A stretch of DNA of 64,000 bases, from positions 33,616 to 97,615 of the forward strand of contig DF237298.1 in assembly GCA_000708835.1 (NCBI GenBank), in the 5' to 3' direction. The notes beneath the pieces are model-generated. The model was not told the DNA's origin and ran no database searches. It saw only the letters and a list, made by a program, of their open reading frames with translations. Shown in pieces: positions 13,807 through 26,300 of the stretch. This DNA comes from Klebsormidium nitens. Its lineage: Eukaryota; Plantae; Klebsormidiophyceae. Position 1 is the stretch's first letter. Every line of letters starts with the position of its first letter. A program made the position numbers and the translations under genes.

Positions 13807-14093
13807 CTCGATCCTTCTAGGACGTCAAAGTGAAGCTGTCGACAGTAAGTTGTCTTTCTTGCCGCCTTGCTTCTTTCTACTTCAGGACTTACAAAGGGAC
13901 TCCTTCTTGTTCCATTCAAAAGAGAAAAGGCCACATTCCTTCAAGAAACAGCTCTGAGACGGCCTCATTCTTCCCTCCTCAGCTACTTCTGAGCAACTCT
14001 GCGTCTTGCAAGGAAGCGGCTCTTCAACTCGTCTCAGCTAACCACTGTGGTGGCGCCAGCACCAAAGAATTTGAAGGGGGAGCTGTGAAAGTG

Positions 14094-14101
14094 GCGCGAA
14101 A
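14094..14101 (-). promoter_or_regulatory. E2F-binding consensus TTTCGCGC upstream of POLA1
   Basis: + strand GCGCGAAA reads TTTCGCGC on the minus strand, 288 bp upstream of the POLA1 ATG, with TGGCGCCA at 14051-14058. Replication genes are established E2F targets. Confidence 0.55.
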
Positions 14102-14669
14102 GTGAACGTCGACAGGTGTGCATTTGGTCCCATAAGCTATGCTGTGGAGTCGTGTCACGTGCTCTATGTTGGCGACCCTTTAGTAGACGCCACGCATTTG
14201 CCGTCGCCCCGTTCTGTTTGCTTTCATGGCTTCCGCAGAGGCAAACGAAACCCAGAAACTGAGAAAGTTGGTCCCCTCTTGGTCAAGGAAGGGCGCTCGT
14301 CTTCAAGCTCCGTGGTGGGTGCATCGTCAGGGAGCAAGTTTCCAGCTTGTGCCCAGCTTTATGTCCTTCTCCCTGCATCCAAACTCCTCATCTTGGCTTG
14401 CATTCATTCGCTGCCTGCACAGCTCCTCTGTTCAGTTTCCGTTCTTGCTTTTATCAGCTCCTCTCACCTGCCGCTATGGCGTTCCGCTTTGCAATATCCT
14501 CTTACTTTGCCCCCACCGGCCACCGTCCTTTGGCCTTCCATCGGCGCAGTCCGCTTTCTTGTTTCCGAATGCACGTTGTCTTTTGTCTTGTTCAGGATGA
14601 CGCCATCTTGACGACCACCGCACAGTCAGCATTCGCACAAAGCTTCCCAAAGCACACGTCGGCAGAAGC

Positions 14670-17600
14670 ATGGATGAGGAACAAGAGGCGTATGCGGAGC
14701 ACCACGAAGAGGAGGAGGAGGAGGACTCTGACGTAGATGTAGAAGATGACGGGAATGATGAGCATGAGAACAACAATGAAGAGGAGGAAGGGGAGGGGGG
14801 CGACGGCATGCAAGATCATGATGACCAAGAAGATCACGAGGCCAATGAGGAGAACGAGGATGAAGAGTTAGAGGAAGAGGGAGGGGAGGGAGAGGAAGAG
14901 GAGGAGCAAGACTTGGTGGTTGGAGAAGGAGAAGACAATGATGGAGAGGGAGAAGGGGAGGGAGAGGGGACCAACATGGAAGCGGATGGCGATGAGGGTA
15001 CGTCGCAATCCTGCATTTGATCTTTTGCCTGGCTTTTTGCATTATGTCTTGAGTTCGTCGAGGACTGGTGGTGGAATGATCAAACAATTGGATGCCAGTA
15101 AATTTTGTGCCGAAGCCTCCTGGTGAACGTGGCGCTGCCGGCAAGCGCTTCTTGATTCTGTAGGCTCTCGCGGCAGCAAACATCAGGTGCAGGATCTTTT
15201 CCTTCGACTGCTCTGTGGAGTTCCATCTCTGCTCTGCATTCTGCATTTCTGCCTTTCCGTACCCAGTTGCAGCCTAAAGACTTGTTGCCTCGACCACTAG
15301 TGTCGCTCCATCATAGAAGAACAAAACATGGTCAAGAAAGAAGCACATAATGAAGGAAGTTAGCTATGCATGCAGATTGGACCTTAAGCGGGAGTGGTTT
15401 AGGACGGTTCAAATTCCAGTATGGTTGTAACGAGAAAGATTTTGGGGTTTGGTTCAGAGTCATTCTGCATTGCTGTTCTCGATGCAGTCTGCAAATGCTG
15501 AGACTCAACTTTTTACAACCTTGAAGCACCAGCCTCCAGGGAACATGGTGCCTTCGCTGGCAAGTGCTCCCTGCGTTTTGCAATACTACAGCGCCAATTA
15601 ACCTGACCACCGAAACTTCAGCCATCAAGAGCATGATGCCGTCAGCGTTGCAAGTGTGCTGCCTGCTGACAAATTGCGCTCTATCCAACCCCACAGGCGA
15701 AGATCACGAAGGAGAGGGTGCGCAAGCGGAGACGGAAGCCGCTGAAACCGCAGAAGCAGCGAAAGAGGGCGGCGAGCACCACAAAGAGGAGGGCAAGAAA
15801 TGGGATGGGGATGCGGACAAGGACCCCATGAAGCTGCCCCCGCATGGGACCGAGGTTTTTGTCGGGGGCATCCCCCAGGGGACGACCGAGGATGAATTGA
15901 AAGAGGCGTTCAGCTCAGCGGGAGAAGTGTTTGCGGTGGGTTGCCTGCGCTTGCGCAAGCTGATTGCTGTCTTTTGCGCCGACATTACTGTTGGCATTTT
16001 CGCAGCTTGTTCGTTCATTCATTGCGATGGACTCTAGGCCGTCTGCATTTCAGGGGCCTCACTCCGTTTCTAAAAAAGAGAGTCGCTCCTTGGAGAGGCC
16101 TTGATGACACAGCAAAGGACTTTGCATTGTCTTTCTAGGAGGCCTGTGCTTGATCACGAAATGGCACTCACACCCCAGTTGTCATTATTACCAACCAACA
16201 TCATGTAAATTCTTTCTTGAAAGCCACCACTACTGATAGGGTGGCATCGTATAGCACTACATTCACGTGCGAAGTCGACTTTAAACAGGACTTTGTCGTT
16301 AGCAAGCCTTTGCGGCAGGCTGGAAAGCTTGGACCTCCTGTAAGCCCTTGATCTCGTGCTTTGGTTCCAATATGTAAAAGCATGCAGGAGCAATGGCTCC
16401 TTTCCATGCTAAGATTGTGAAACTTCTACTTGGCTGGCAAATCAGACTCTTTGAGCCTCTCATCATTCTTCTTAACAATTTGGAACTGCATTTCGCTGGC
16501 AGTCGAACCCCTGAAGCACCCTCTTTGAATGTGAGACTGCCAATTTCCGTTCTTCGGTCATCTTATCTTTCGTCTTTGACTGTGGAGTCTCAAATCACAT
16601 GGAATCAACACGTTCAAGCTCGAACATCTCGGGTGGTCAATCTTTGCAGGTCAGGATAGCGCGGGACCCCCAGGACCAGACTCCGAGGGGTTTTGCGTTC
16701 GTTACATACCGGGAAAGGGAGGCTGCTGCCAAGGCTGTCACAGACTTCCAAAGTTTGGAGATTAAGGTATGGAAGTCGAATGAGGGTCTCACTTCTTTCA
16801 GCTTACCAGATACTGCTTAAGTTTGTAAGGAGCTCCCATTATGCTCGTGCGTTCTGAGGGCATCATGTGGCCGCCACGTCAGCCGGTCCGTTAGAAACTA
16901 TTATCTCATCCTATTGTTCTTTGTAATCTCTTTCTGAACATTACCATTTTGCACGTGCCGGCACGTCGTGTGGAGCACGCAGACTAGCATACGTGCCGGC
17001 ACGTAGAACTTTGTATGAGTTCTGTACAATAAGCAGGGTTTTCTCATCCTGTTACAGCGGGAACCTATCAGTTTTCACTGCAGCTGCCTCAATCAGCCGA
17101 AGTGGACCCGTCTGGTGCACTTAAGAGGATAATTGTCGCTTAAGGAGCTTGACAGTTTTGACTGGACATGTCGAACAGAAAATGGATTGAGGAGACTCGA
17201 GCTCTATTCCGCTCTTGCTCCAGTCTTCAGCATACACCGTATGCTGGAAATTAGCCTTTCTGCAAAAGTCATTTTTAAGAAACTGGCATAACTGCATTCG
17301 CTGCAGGGTAAGTCGGTGAGGGTTAACAACTCGCAGTCGAAGCACCGCCTGTTTGTGGGGGGCATTCCTAGGGACCTGACAAAAGAGACGCTCCGGGAGC
17401 ATTTGGAGGAGGTCACGCTAGGCGCCGAGTCTATCGACGTCCCTACTGTAAGTCGAATCACTCGTTTGACGTCGTTCTTGAATGTATAAGGGCACAGGAA
17501 GCAACACTTTTGAGGGGCCGTTTGGTATACGGGCATGGCAAGCCCTTTTCGACCTGTAGCAAAGCTTTGCTGCATTCCGAGGTCACATGGTTCGTGACGG

Positions 17601-20600
17601 TTTTCCTGTATCTGCATCTGTGGGATAGGCGTTTGTTCCTGTGGACGCTTTTCGTTCCAGGCTTTTAGCCTAAGAGACTCCATCGTCCCTTCAATTTACT
17701 GCTCGGCGAATCTCCGCATGTAGAGCACAGTATAGTCGTCTAGCACTTGGTACTCTCTTCGTTCTTTGCACACCCAAACTTAGGCGCTCAGTGACTCCCC
17801 ATGCTGTGCTAGACGTGTCCTTCCGTTTACGAAGGACGCCGCCAGGTGTGCTGCCTTATGAGCATTCAAGGTACAATCTACTTCACTGCAATGATTGCAT
17901 CCAGAGTAGATGGTCGTTTTTGCAAGACAATACTTTTCTCACCCTAAGATTCCTCCACCGTTTCTTCTGCTCAGAACCCCCAGAACCCGTCCCAGAACCG
18001 GGGCTTCCTCTTCATCGACTTTTACAACCACGCCGCGGCAGAACACTCGCGGAGAAAGATGATCCGGCAGGACTTCCGGCTGGGGGGCCGGCAAGTGACC
18101 ATCTCGTGGGCCGAGGCCAAGAGCTCCGAAACGTCTGCAAGCGAGCTTGCTCAGGTGCGGGCCGATCTTCCCTTTCGTCTCCAAGTTCTGGGTTTTGGGC
18201 TCGTAGCACTGTTCTTTCTCGGGTTTTCAAAGCTGGCCAACGGCGCGCATGCTGATCCGAGTCTGGAGGTTCCCGTTCTAAAAGCATTATCCTCAGGGTA
18301 TTTCCTGAGTGTATCCCCCTGTCTTGAAAGCCACCTGACGATCGCCCTTACTCTGCCAGCTGTTCTTACCCGTCTCTCTGTTCATCTTATTTTAAAAGTT
18401 CGTGTGGGCATGTGGGCCTGGTGTAAGTCGTGAGGACGCTCACGTTGCCTTGCTGCTCATCTTAGCCTTTGCTGACTCATCATTGTTACGTGCTGGTTAA
18501 CGTTCTCCATTGGGAAACCACTTCTTAGTCCTTGCTCAATTACAACACAAAGGCCGTTGCAAGTCGCTTCAATCCTCACCCATTCTCGTCCTTTTCCCCC
18601 TAGTCTCGTCCTTTCCCCCTAGTTTATCTTGAAGAGCCTCTCCGTGCTGTTATCTTGATTTTCCGCGTCTTTCTCTCCTTCCCTGTTGCTGCTAACACAT
18701 CTGCGTAACCCGCGGTTTGAGGCGCTGTACTTGACGGGTCTACCCGAGTCCGCCACCGACGAGAAGCTACGCGAGCTTTTTATTAAGTACGGCGACCTGT
18801 CACCTTACGTGAAAAGCATAACCCATGCTTTCTTCCTCGCCATCTCTGCTAACCCACCTGCATAACCCGCAGGTTAAGGTGCTGTACGTGAAGGGCCTGC
18901 CCGAGTCCGCAACCGACGAGAAGCTGCGCGAGCTGTTTGTCAAGTACGGCGAAATTGAGCGCGCCGTCATCCCGCCGCCCAAGCCCGGCCAGCCGCCGCG
19001 CAACTTCGGGTTCGTGCACTTTGTGGACCGGAAGGCTGCAATCGCGGCCATGGAGAAGGACCAGAAGCACGAGATGGAAGGTGGGAATTGCAAGTTTGAT
19101 GTTTGTTCTATTTTCAGAGTTTGAGGACAGACTGGTGTTCAATAACTCAAGGGCTTCGATGTTTGGCTGTTTTTTTGTTTCTGAGTAAGTTAGAGGGTCC
19201 AAGGTTTCTGGAAGCAGCCAGTGGGAAAAGACCAGAAGCACGAGATGGAAGGTGGGCATTGCAGGGCTTCAGTAGCATGAGCTTTGGCGTTTGAAGAGTA
19301 TGTTTGTCTGTTGGATTCAGGGCCTTTTGATTTCTGAGTGCATCTCAGGTAATTTCTCACCAGAGGGCTCCTGGTTTTTGAAGGTAGCAATGGAGAAGGT
19401 CACGACGCACGAGATGAAAAGATTGAGTTGTGTTTTTGGCGTTCGAATTGGGTGAGGCTTCTGACCAATAGAACCCACAGCTTCAGCACGTTTACGAGAC
19501 ACTGCATGAGTACCGTTCAAGGATATGTAAGCAGCAAACAGGCGAAACAAATTCTTTGCAGGTAACGAGTTGGAGGTTAGCCTCGCCCGGCCGCCCCCGG
19601 AGCGGCAGCCGAGGGCCTCGCAGGGTGCGCAAATGGCTACCGCTTTTGCGGGTATAAGCTATCAGCAGCCGTACGGGGGCTATGTGGCGCCCGCCAGGGG
19701 GGCGAACGCTTATGGGGCGTACGGGACCGCTTATAGCGGCGGCAGCAGCAGGAGGGGTGGGCAGACGCAAGTGCAGGTGGGAGAAGCGGTTCACTCGTTT
19801 TCGGGTGGTAATCTAGCTATGATTTCATAATGCGGGCTTCCTCAGGTCGATTGCAGAACTTGACCTTTTTGTGGCGTCTTGGGTGAATTAGACTTCTAAG
19901 GAAAGTGAATTCTTTAGAAGTCTGTTATTCGCTGCGGAGGCCGTGCTTATGAAAGGCGCAAATACGCTTTTATCATTTTGGGGCTCTGGAGGCTGGTGGA
20001 ATGCTCGTGACAAGCGGTTACTCTTACTTGTTGCTTAGTTCGTGCTGTGCTCGATCAGGTCGCCTGCTCTGATTTTCCAGACGTGGCCGTCGCAGTCTGG
20101 CATTCCAAACAGCTCAGCAGTCAGGATGCGGGGAATGAGAAAGTTTTGAGGCCAGAAATGGGGACGAGCGCCTTCAAAGAACGCAGAAAATTACGCAACC
20201 AGATTGATTCCACCGTCCATGATGATTGTTTTTCGCATGCAGCCGGCGATGCCGTTCATCCAGGCCCCCGCCGGGATGACTATGGTCCCTATGCAGCTTC
20301 CGGACGGCCAAGTGGGCTACATTCTGTGAGTCTCGTCCGCAAGACTTCTTCTCTTCTGACACCTGTCATCAGCCTGCATAATCTCCGCAAGCTGCTACAG
20401 AGCACACGCGGCCGGACAAAATGGTGTCTCGCTTACGAGCAGGATCGTGCTTGTCTGTCTTGTCGATGATGCTCCCGACTGCAAACTGGGCGATTCCGGA
20501 GACTTATCGCCGTCAAAAGCGGCCAAGAAACTGTCTAGTCTTGCTGGGTCTTCGAACGGTTGTCCAAAAAGTGGTCGCCCTCATGTTGTAAACACGTTGT

Positions 20601-21194
20601 CATCTTGCTTCTTCGGCGGCCGCTCTGTTGCAAACCTCTTAAAGTTCCCATGGCGCCACATTATTCAACAATACCACCTCTGAGCGATTTTGACGCTGAG
20701 GCGGTGATTGTGAACCGAAGAGTTTTGCAGCCGGGTTGATTTTGTCGGTTTTAGCTGTAGTCTAAGCGGTCCATTTCGTGGCCCCCGGACTCAGCTCTAA
20801 CGCTTTGAACGATTGCGCATAAGGGGCTGGACTGGTGCACTTCAAAAATAGTTGGCGCATGTGAATCGTCTCATAGCTGCTGATGATGAGCCAGGGTTTC
20901 CGAGCTGCTGCAATAGAGGCTAAAGAGTGGCCACGTGGTCACATAAAGTGGTTCCTTTCGTGCAGCGCTTCTATGGTGGCTGTGTACTGGAGAGATGCTC
21001 CGCTGAGGCTTCTCCTAACTCTCGATTCATGCAAGCCGCTGCTTATATAGGCTTCGTTGCTTTTTTGCAGACAACAAGCGGGCGGTGCTGGAGCGGGTAC
21101 AGGTCCAGTTCGAGGGGGGAGGCAGGCGTCCTCCTCCTACGGGTCAACGTCGGGATCGGGACAGAGCGGCAGGCGCTTTCATCCGTACAATTGA
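14670..21194 (+). CDS. hnRNP Q/R (SYNCRIP)-like RNA-binding protein, acidic N-terminus plus three RRMs, about 544 aa
   Basis: 9 exons, phase-consistent: 14670-14997, 15697-15935, 16650-16766, 17307-17447, 17975-18154, 18873-19080, 19562-19776, 20243-20325, 21071-21194. RRM motifs HGTEVFVGGI/RGFAFVTY, HRLFVGGIP/NRGFLFIDFYNHA, VKVLYVKGLP/NFGFVHF. Plant-type C-terminal MVPMQLPDGQVGYILQQ and RRFHPYN*. The start codon is the least certain part. Confidence 0.93.
18689..19420 (+). repeat. Copies of both edges of hnRNP-Q exon 6 in the flanking introns
   Basis: 18689-18796 copies the branch/acceptor and first 27 codons (AG changed to GG). 19228-19262 copies the exon end with GT intact. 19390-19420 is a third, decayed copy. 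Confidence 0.85.
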
Positions 21195-23397
21195 GCAGTG
21201 ACTTACAAGACTCTCCATGCGATTGTTATGAGTCTTGCTTCTCTAAAGTTGGCTTGCCTGATGTCCGCGGTTGATCCGGTGAAGTCAGCGACTCAAATGA
21301 TTGTTCTGCGGTCAGACTACAAGCGTTTGTTGGTGGCTCATGTGTGGTGTTTGTTGAGTGACATTCTTTGCATGTCAACAAGTTATGAAGGCTCGCAAAT
21401 GATGCCACGGGTCCTCCTGAAAATCTGGAGCAAAAAGTTTGCATGGCGAACTTATATAGGCTGTTGACGGCCGTATACTGCTGAGTATGTTGATCTCCCT
21501 GCCAGGCTGGTCCGACGGAAACGTGTTCAAAGATTTAGTACTATCTGGCATTCGTATATGCTTGTCCCTACGGGCTCCATCCGACCGTGCAGCTAAATTA
21601 ACAGCATTCAAATGAGCGGTGCAAACATGCACATCAACCCGAAGCCTGCACTACGAGCTTAGGCCCAAACCGCGGTTTGTACTAAGCCAAGTGTATTTCC
21701 TACATGAGCAGCTCAAGTCTCCGTACGTATAATGGCAGGGGCCGGCGCTGCATGACCTCTATGCATGAGCTAGGTCCCCGACACTCTTCATAAATGTTTT
21801 TGCAAAGATATGAACCAGGTTCTCAACTGTACGAAGTTGTTTATGTTCGCAGCCGGCCGTGGCTTGCAGGCTCATGCAATATATCATCTCTTGCGCGCTT
21901 GAATTAAAGCTGATATTGCAATTTTGAAGGCCAGCCAGGGTCTTTAGTTAAGAAGAAGCAACCATCACAACGTGCACCATGGTGCCAGTCGGCTCTTCTT
22001 GAAAGTCGTGTTTTTCGATCAAGCTTGCGCGCGTGATCCGATCTACTTAAAAGATGAGCTAGCTAGTAGGCCCGTCGATCGCTTGGTCCTTGCCGCAAGG
22101 AGTCAATCCGTTGCGCTGCTTAATGAACCTAGTTACTATAAGCGCCGACCATCACTGTCTTCGTTTCACGAAATTAAAGAAAAACAACGCGCAGATCGTT
22201 ACACCGGCCAACCCAAACGTTTCTTATTAGCATGGGATGAACCGAGACAGATCGTGGCCGACCCATATTTTGTGTACGTACGCATGTGCATGATGCAACG
22301 TAACGCTTAATTGTCTGCATGCCTGGCATGATGAGGTCGTATGCCTAGCTTACACTAAGTGGGACTTCTGAGGGCGGCAACGCAGTCCCCCGCAAAAGCC
22401 GGCTGCAACGCAACAAACCTAAAATGATCATTCGGAGCTGCCGGCCGGGTGCGCCGTAGTCATCCAACGACTGGTCCATCCAATCCGTCCTGATAAAGAT
22501 AAGTATGTTCCTAGCTGCAAGTTGATCACGAGTTCCGGGTTTCAGCGCGCTGTTACTAAGTTTGAGCGCCTTGAATCCTCACTCTGCTCGAGTTCTCCAG
22601 CTATGCTACATAATCAAGTCCTTAACTTACATGAATTAGAGTCTAGATCAAACCAAAGATCAAGGTCCCAGTCACGAAATACTGTGTGACAACTCAATTC
22701 ACCATCTACAATCTCCGTTCGAGTCAGATTCCTTTTATTACCTGACGTCGGCTTTGCTGCGCGGGGGGATCTGACTACTTGCTACATGCATGCATCCAAA
22801 GTCAATGATGATCTAGCTAGCTGAACCATATCCAACTCCCAGGGTTCTGGAAACCAGATGGAATGCATCTCGATCGGTCACCGGATCTAAGCTGCCCGCC
22901 TCTATCCAGTCGCCGCATATGCAACTAACCGCCTCGCAATTGTCAAATGATGCGCCCTTTGGCTGCATACCGCACCCTAAACCGTGTACCTGAGTGAGCC
23001 AAGTACTGCTGTCCTAGTGTGCGCGAACTCTGTCATACGCTGGCGCCTCTTCGTTGTATAGCCCCGTAACTCCGCAATTCCGTCCTACTTCGTTTGTTCT
23101 GTCCGTTGCTAATCCGTTAGTAAGTCCCCTTCCCAGATTTCCCTCTGCCAGAAAATTTGCGGACTCGGCCAATGGGCGGCTTTTGGGCCAGCTAGATGGC
23201 CCTTAATCAAGCCCAAAGAGACCCGGGTTAAGCTTCCCAAACCCATACTCTGCCGGTCAACTCAACCAACATCGTCTCCTCAACTCGCACGCAGGCCGGA
23301 CCATCATTTTACAAGATACAGGCCCGGCTCTGCCCCCTGTCCAAAATTTGGCCAAACCCTACCGGGGCACTCTATAGCTATGCGGGCACCTGCATAC

Positions 23398-26300
23398 TTA
23401 TATGGACAACATCTTCTGCAGGGTCTGCGTCACGGGGTCCGCGGGGGTCTCGACGGCGTCCTCCTTCTTGCTCAGGATGCCCATCTCCAGCAGGGCTGAC
23501 GTCAGCTCCGCGAACGTGAAGGGTTTGGTGACGACCGCGCTGAAACCCACTTTCTTGTAGTGCTCGATCTGGTGCGGCATCGCGTCGCCCGTGCACGCGA
23601 CCGCCTTCAGCGGGTGCTCCTTCTGCAGGACGGCGGCCAGGGCGGTGTCGCCGTTCATCTCGGGCATCTGCAGGGGTTAAGGGCAGGGTTTAGGGTCTCA
23701 TTTTCGGGTTTAGAGTACGTGGTTTAGATGCTCGGGCGACCGCCTTCAGCGGGTGCTCTTTCTGCAGAACGGCGGCCAGGGGGGTGTCGCCGTTCATCTC
23801 GGGCATCTGCAGAGTCTAGGTTCCTTCTTAGAATGACGGTAGGGTATCTGCAATGTAAATAACAAGTGTTTGAACTTTCAGCTTCGTGAGCTATGGTTGG
23901 AAATTGCAAAGCATCGTGAGCTGGGGTTTGAAATTGCAAAGCTCGTGTTGTCGGGCGACAGCTTTAACCGATATTCTTCTCGATTTAGCAGACCATGCCG
24001 GTTGGGACGTCCAGTACTGTCGTTTGTCTTGGGCAACTCGTTCGGAAGGGCACAGAGCTGGGATCCGGGAATTGGTGCTGCGCCTTCAAATGACATTCTG
24101 ATTATGGCGCACTTTCACTGAAACGGGTAATTCAAGCAAGCATCGGGCGAAGAAAGGAGCTAAATCGTAAGGGTGCTCTCGGACCCCTCTCTTCCGGTCG
24201 CATTCCGTTCCGCTCACCTGGATGTCCAGGATTAGCAGGTCGAACGGATCGCCGCCGCACTCCTTCACGACGTCCGCTCCGTTCCCGACCACCACGGGCG
24301 TGATCCCCAGGCGCATCAGCATCGCTTTCAGCGTCATCTGCAGGACCGGGTTATCCTCCGCCACCAGAACCCGCAGGTCGTCTGACGTCAGCACCAGGTC
24401 CTCGGGCTTGGGGGCGGGCTCCCGGTGGATCTCCACGTGGGGGGGCCCACTGGTGATCTCCCGCGGCATTTCCGGCATCAACAGCTGGGGGATCCCCCCG
24501 TCTCCCCGGGGGGAGTCGTTGCGTCCGACCACAGAGCGGCGCTTCGCCTTGACGGGGGGGTCGATGACGGGCAGAGTGAACCAGAAGGTGGACCCCTGTT
24601 TCGGTTTCGAGTCGACGCCCATCTTGCCCCCCATGCGCTTCACCAAACTCTTGCTAATGCACAGCCCGAGTCCGGTCGTTCCGGCGGTCGACGGCCGGAA
24701 CGTCGCCAGCTGCTCGTACTTCCCGAACAGCTTCCGCTGATCCGTTTCCGAGATCCCGAGCCCAGTGTCCTTCACCGAGAACATGATCTGGCCCTTGGTG
24801 GGCTGGGTAACGGTGATCGTTACCGAGCCCTTGTACGTGAACTTGATCGCGTTCGACGTCAGGTTCCCCAGGATCTGACGCACCCTGACGTTGTCGCCCC
24901 ACAGAACCGCCGCGACGCTGTCCTCAAGCTTGCTCGTAATGATGAGCGACTCGCGCGTGCGGCGGGTCATGCCGGGGAGGGCCTCCTTCGAGAGGAGATC
25001 CTTAGCGTACAGCCTGTGCGAAACAGTAGGGAAGAGGCTTTAGGACAGCTCCAAAAGGTACGATTAGATCCAAGTGAATCGAAACAGATTGAAGGTAATC
25101 GGATGGGCCTCCTTGGAGAGGAGGCCTTTGGCGTACCGCCTGCGTGAAACAGTAGGAAGACGCTTAGAACAGCTCCAATTGTTTTGATTCAGAGCCTCAT
25201 TTGATTCAAGAAGGATGGAAACCGGATGGGCCTCCTTAAGAAAGGAGGTCCTTAGCGGACAGCCTGCGCGAAACAGTAAGAAGAGTCTTCAGAAATCAGG
25301 ACAGCTCCAAAAAAATCGATTCAGAGCCGCCTTTGAATCAAGACGAGGAAGCGAATGGGGCTCCTTTGAAAGCTTTGGGTGTAGCCTGCGCAAAAGTGCT
25401 GGGGGAAGTTTCGAAAGAGCTCAAGTGGTCCAGTCAAGAGCAGTGCTCATCGAGCGCCAGGAGCAAGGAACCGGGTTCTCTCCTTGTAGACGGGATCCTT
25501 AGCGTACAGCTTGTGCGAGAGTGGAGGAAGATGCCTAAGAAAGCTCCAATTGGCCCAAGGTAGAGCGGGTATCTCCCAAGACAACTTCAGAAGCAAGAAT
25601 CCGGGGTGGCAACCATAAGAACTAGAGCGACAACGTGATCGGCACCCCGATATGGCGTCTCCAACAGGGCACACCAGGCGAAGAATCTAAATCACCGGTA
25701 AGTCGGAACCGTGTTAGCGAGCAGCTCCACAAGCTCGATGAGCTCCACTTCGAGGTGATACCGCGCAGCGCTAATTTACATAGCAAGCGCTGAAAATGAA
25801 CGCAAACTGAGCTGGGTATTCGAATCAAGCGAAAGAACTAGAGCGAGCACTCACCGGTACGCAGACACCGGGCTGTCGAGCAGCTCCAGGAGCTTAATAA
25901 GCTCCAATGTGAGGTGACCAACATGAGAACCCAAGAGAAGCAGAGCCAGAACTACAAGCCAAAGTGGGCCTTCACACCAGATAAAGAACTAGAGCGACGC
26001 GCTCACCGGTACGCCGAGACCGTGCTGTCGAGCAGCTCCAGGAGCTCGATGGGCTCCACTTTGAGGTGATACATTCTGAGAGCCAAAACTGAAAAGTCTT
26101 GAGCCGGAATTACAAATCAACGTGGGCGTTCACACCAGATGACGTACTAGAGCGACGCACTCACCGGTAGGCCGAGACCGTGCTGTCGAGCAGCTCCGGG
26201 AGGTCGATGGGCTCCACTTTGAGGTCGACCTTGCCTTCCTCGATCTTGGACAGGTCCAGCACGTCGTCAACGATCCGCTTCATGATGACGCACTGCGTCA

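Noticed and set aside
14102-14736. Overlapping ORFs upstream of hnRNP-Q (e.g. MASAEANETQ…)
   Set aside because: No homology cues and no phase-consistent splice into the 14670 frame was established; probably 5' UTR or promoter.
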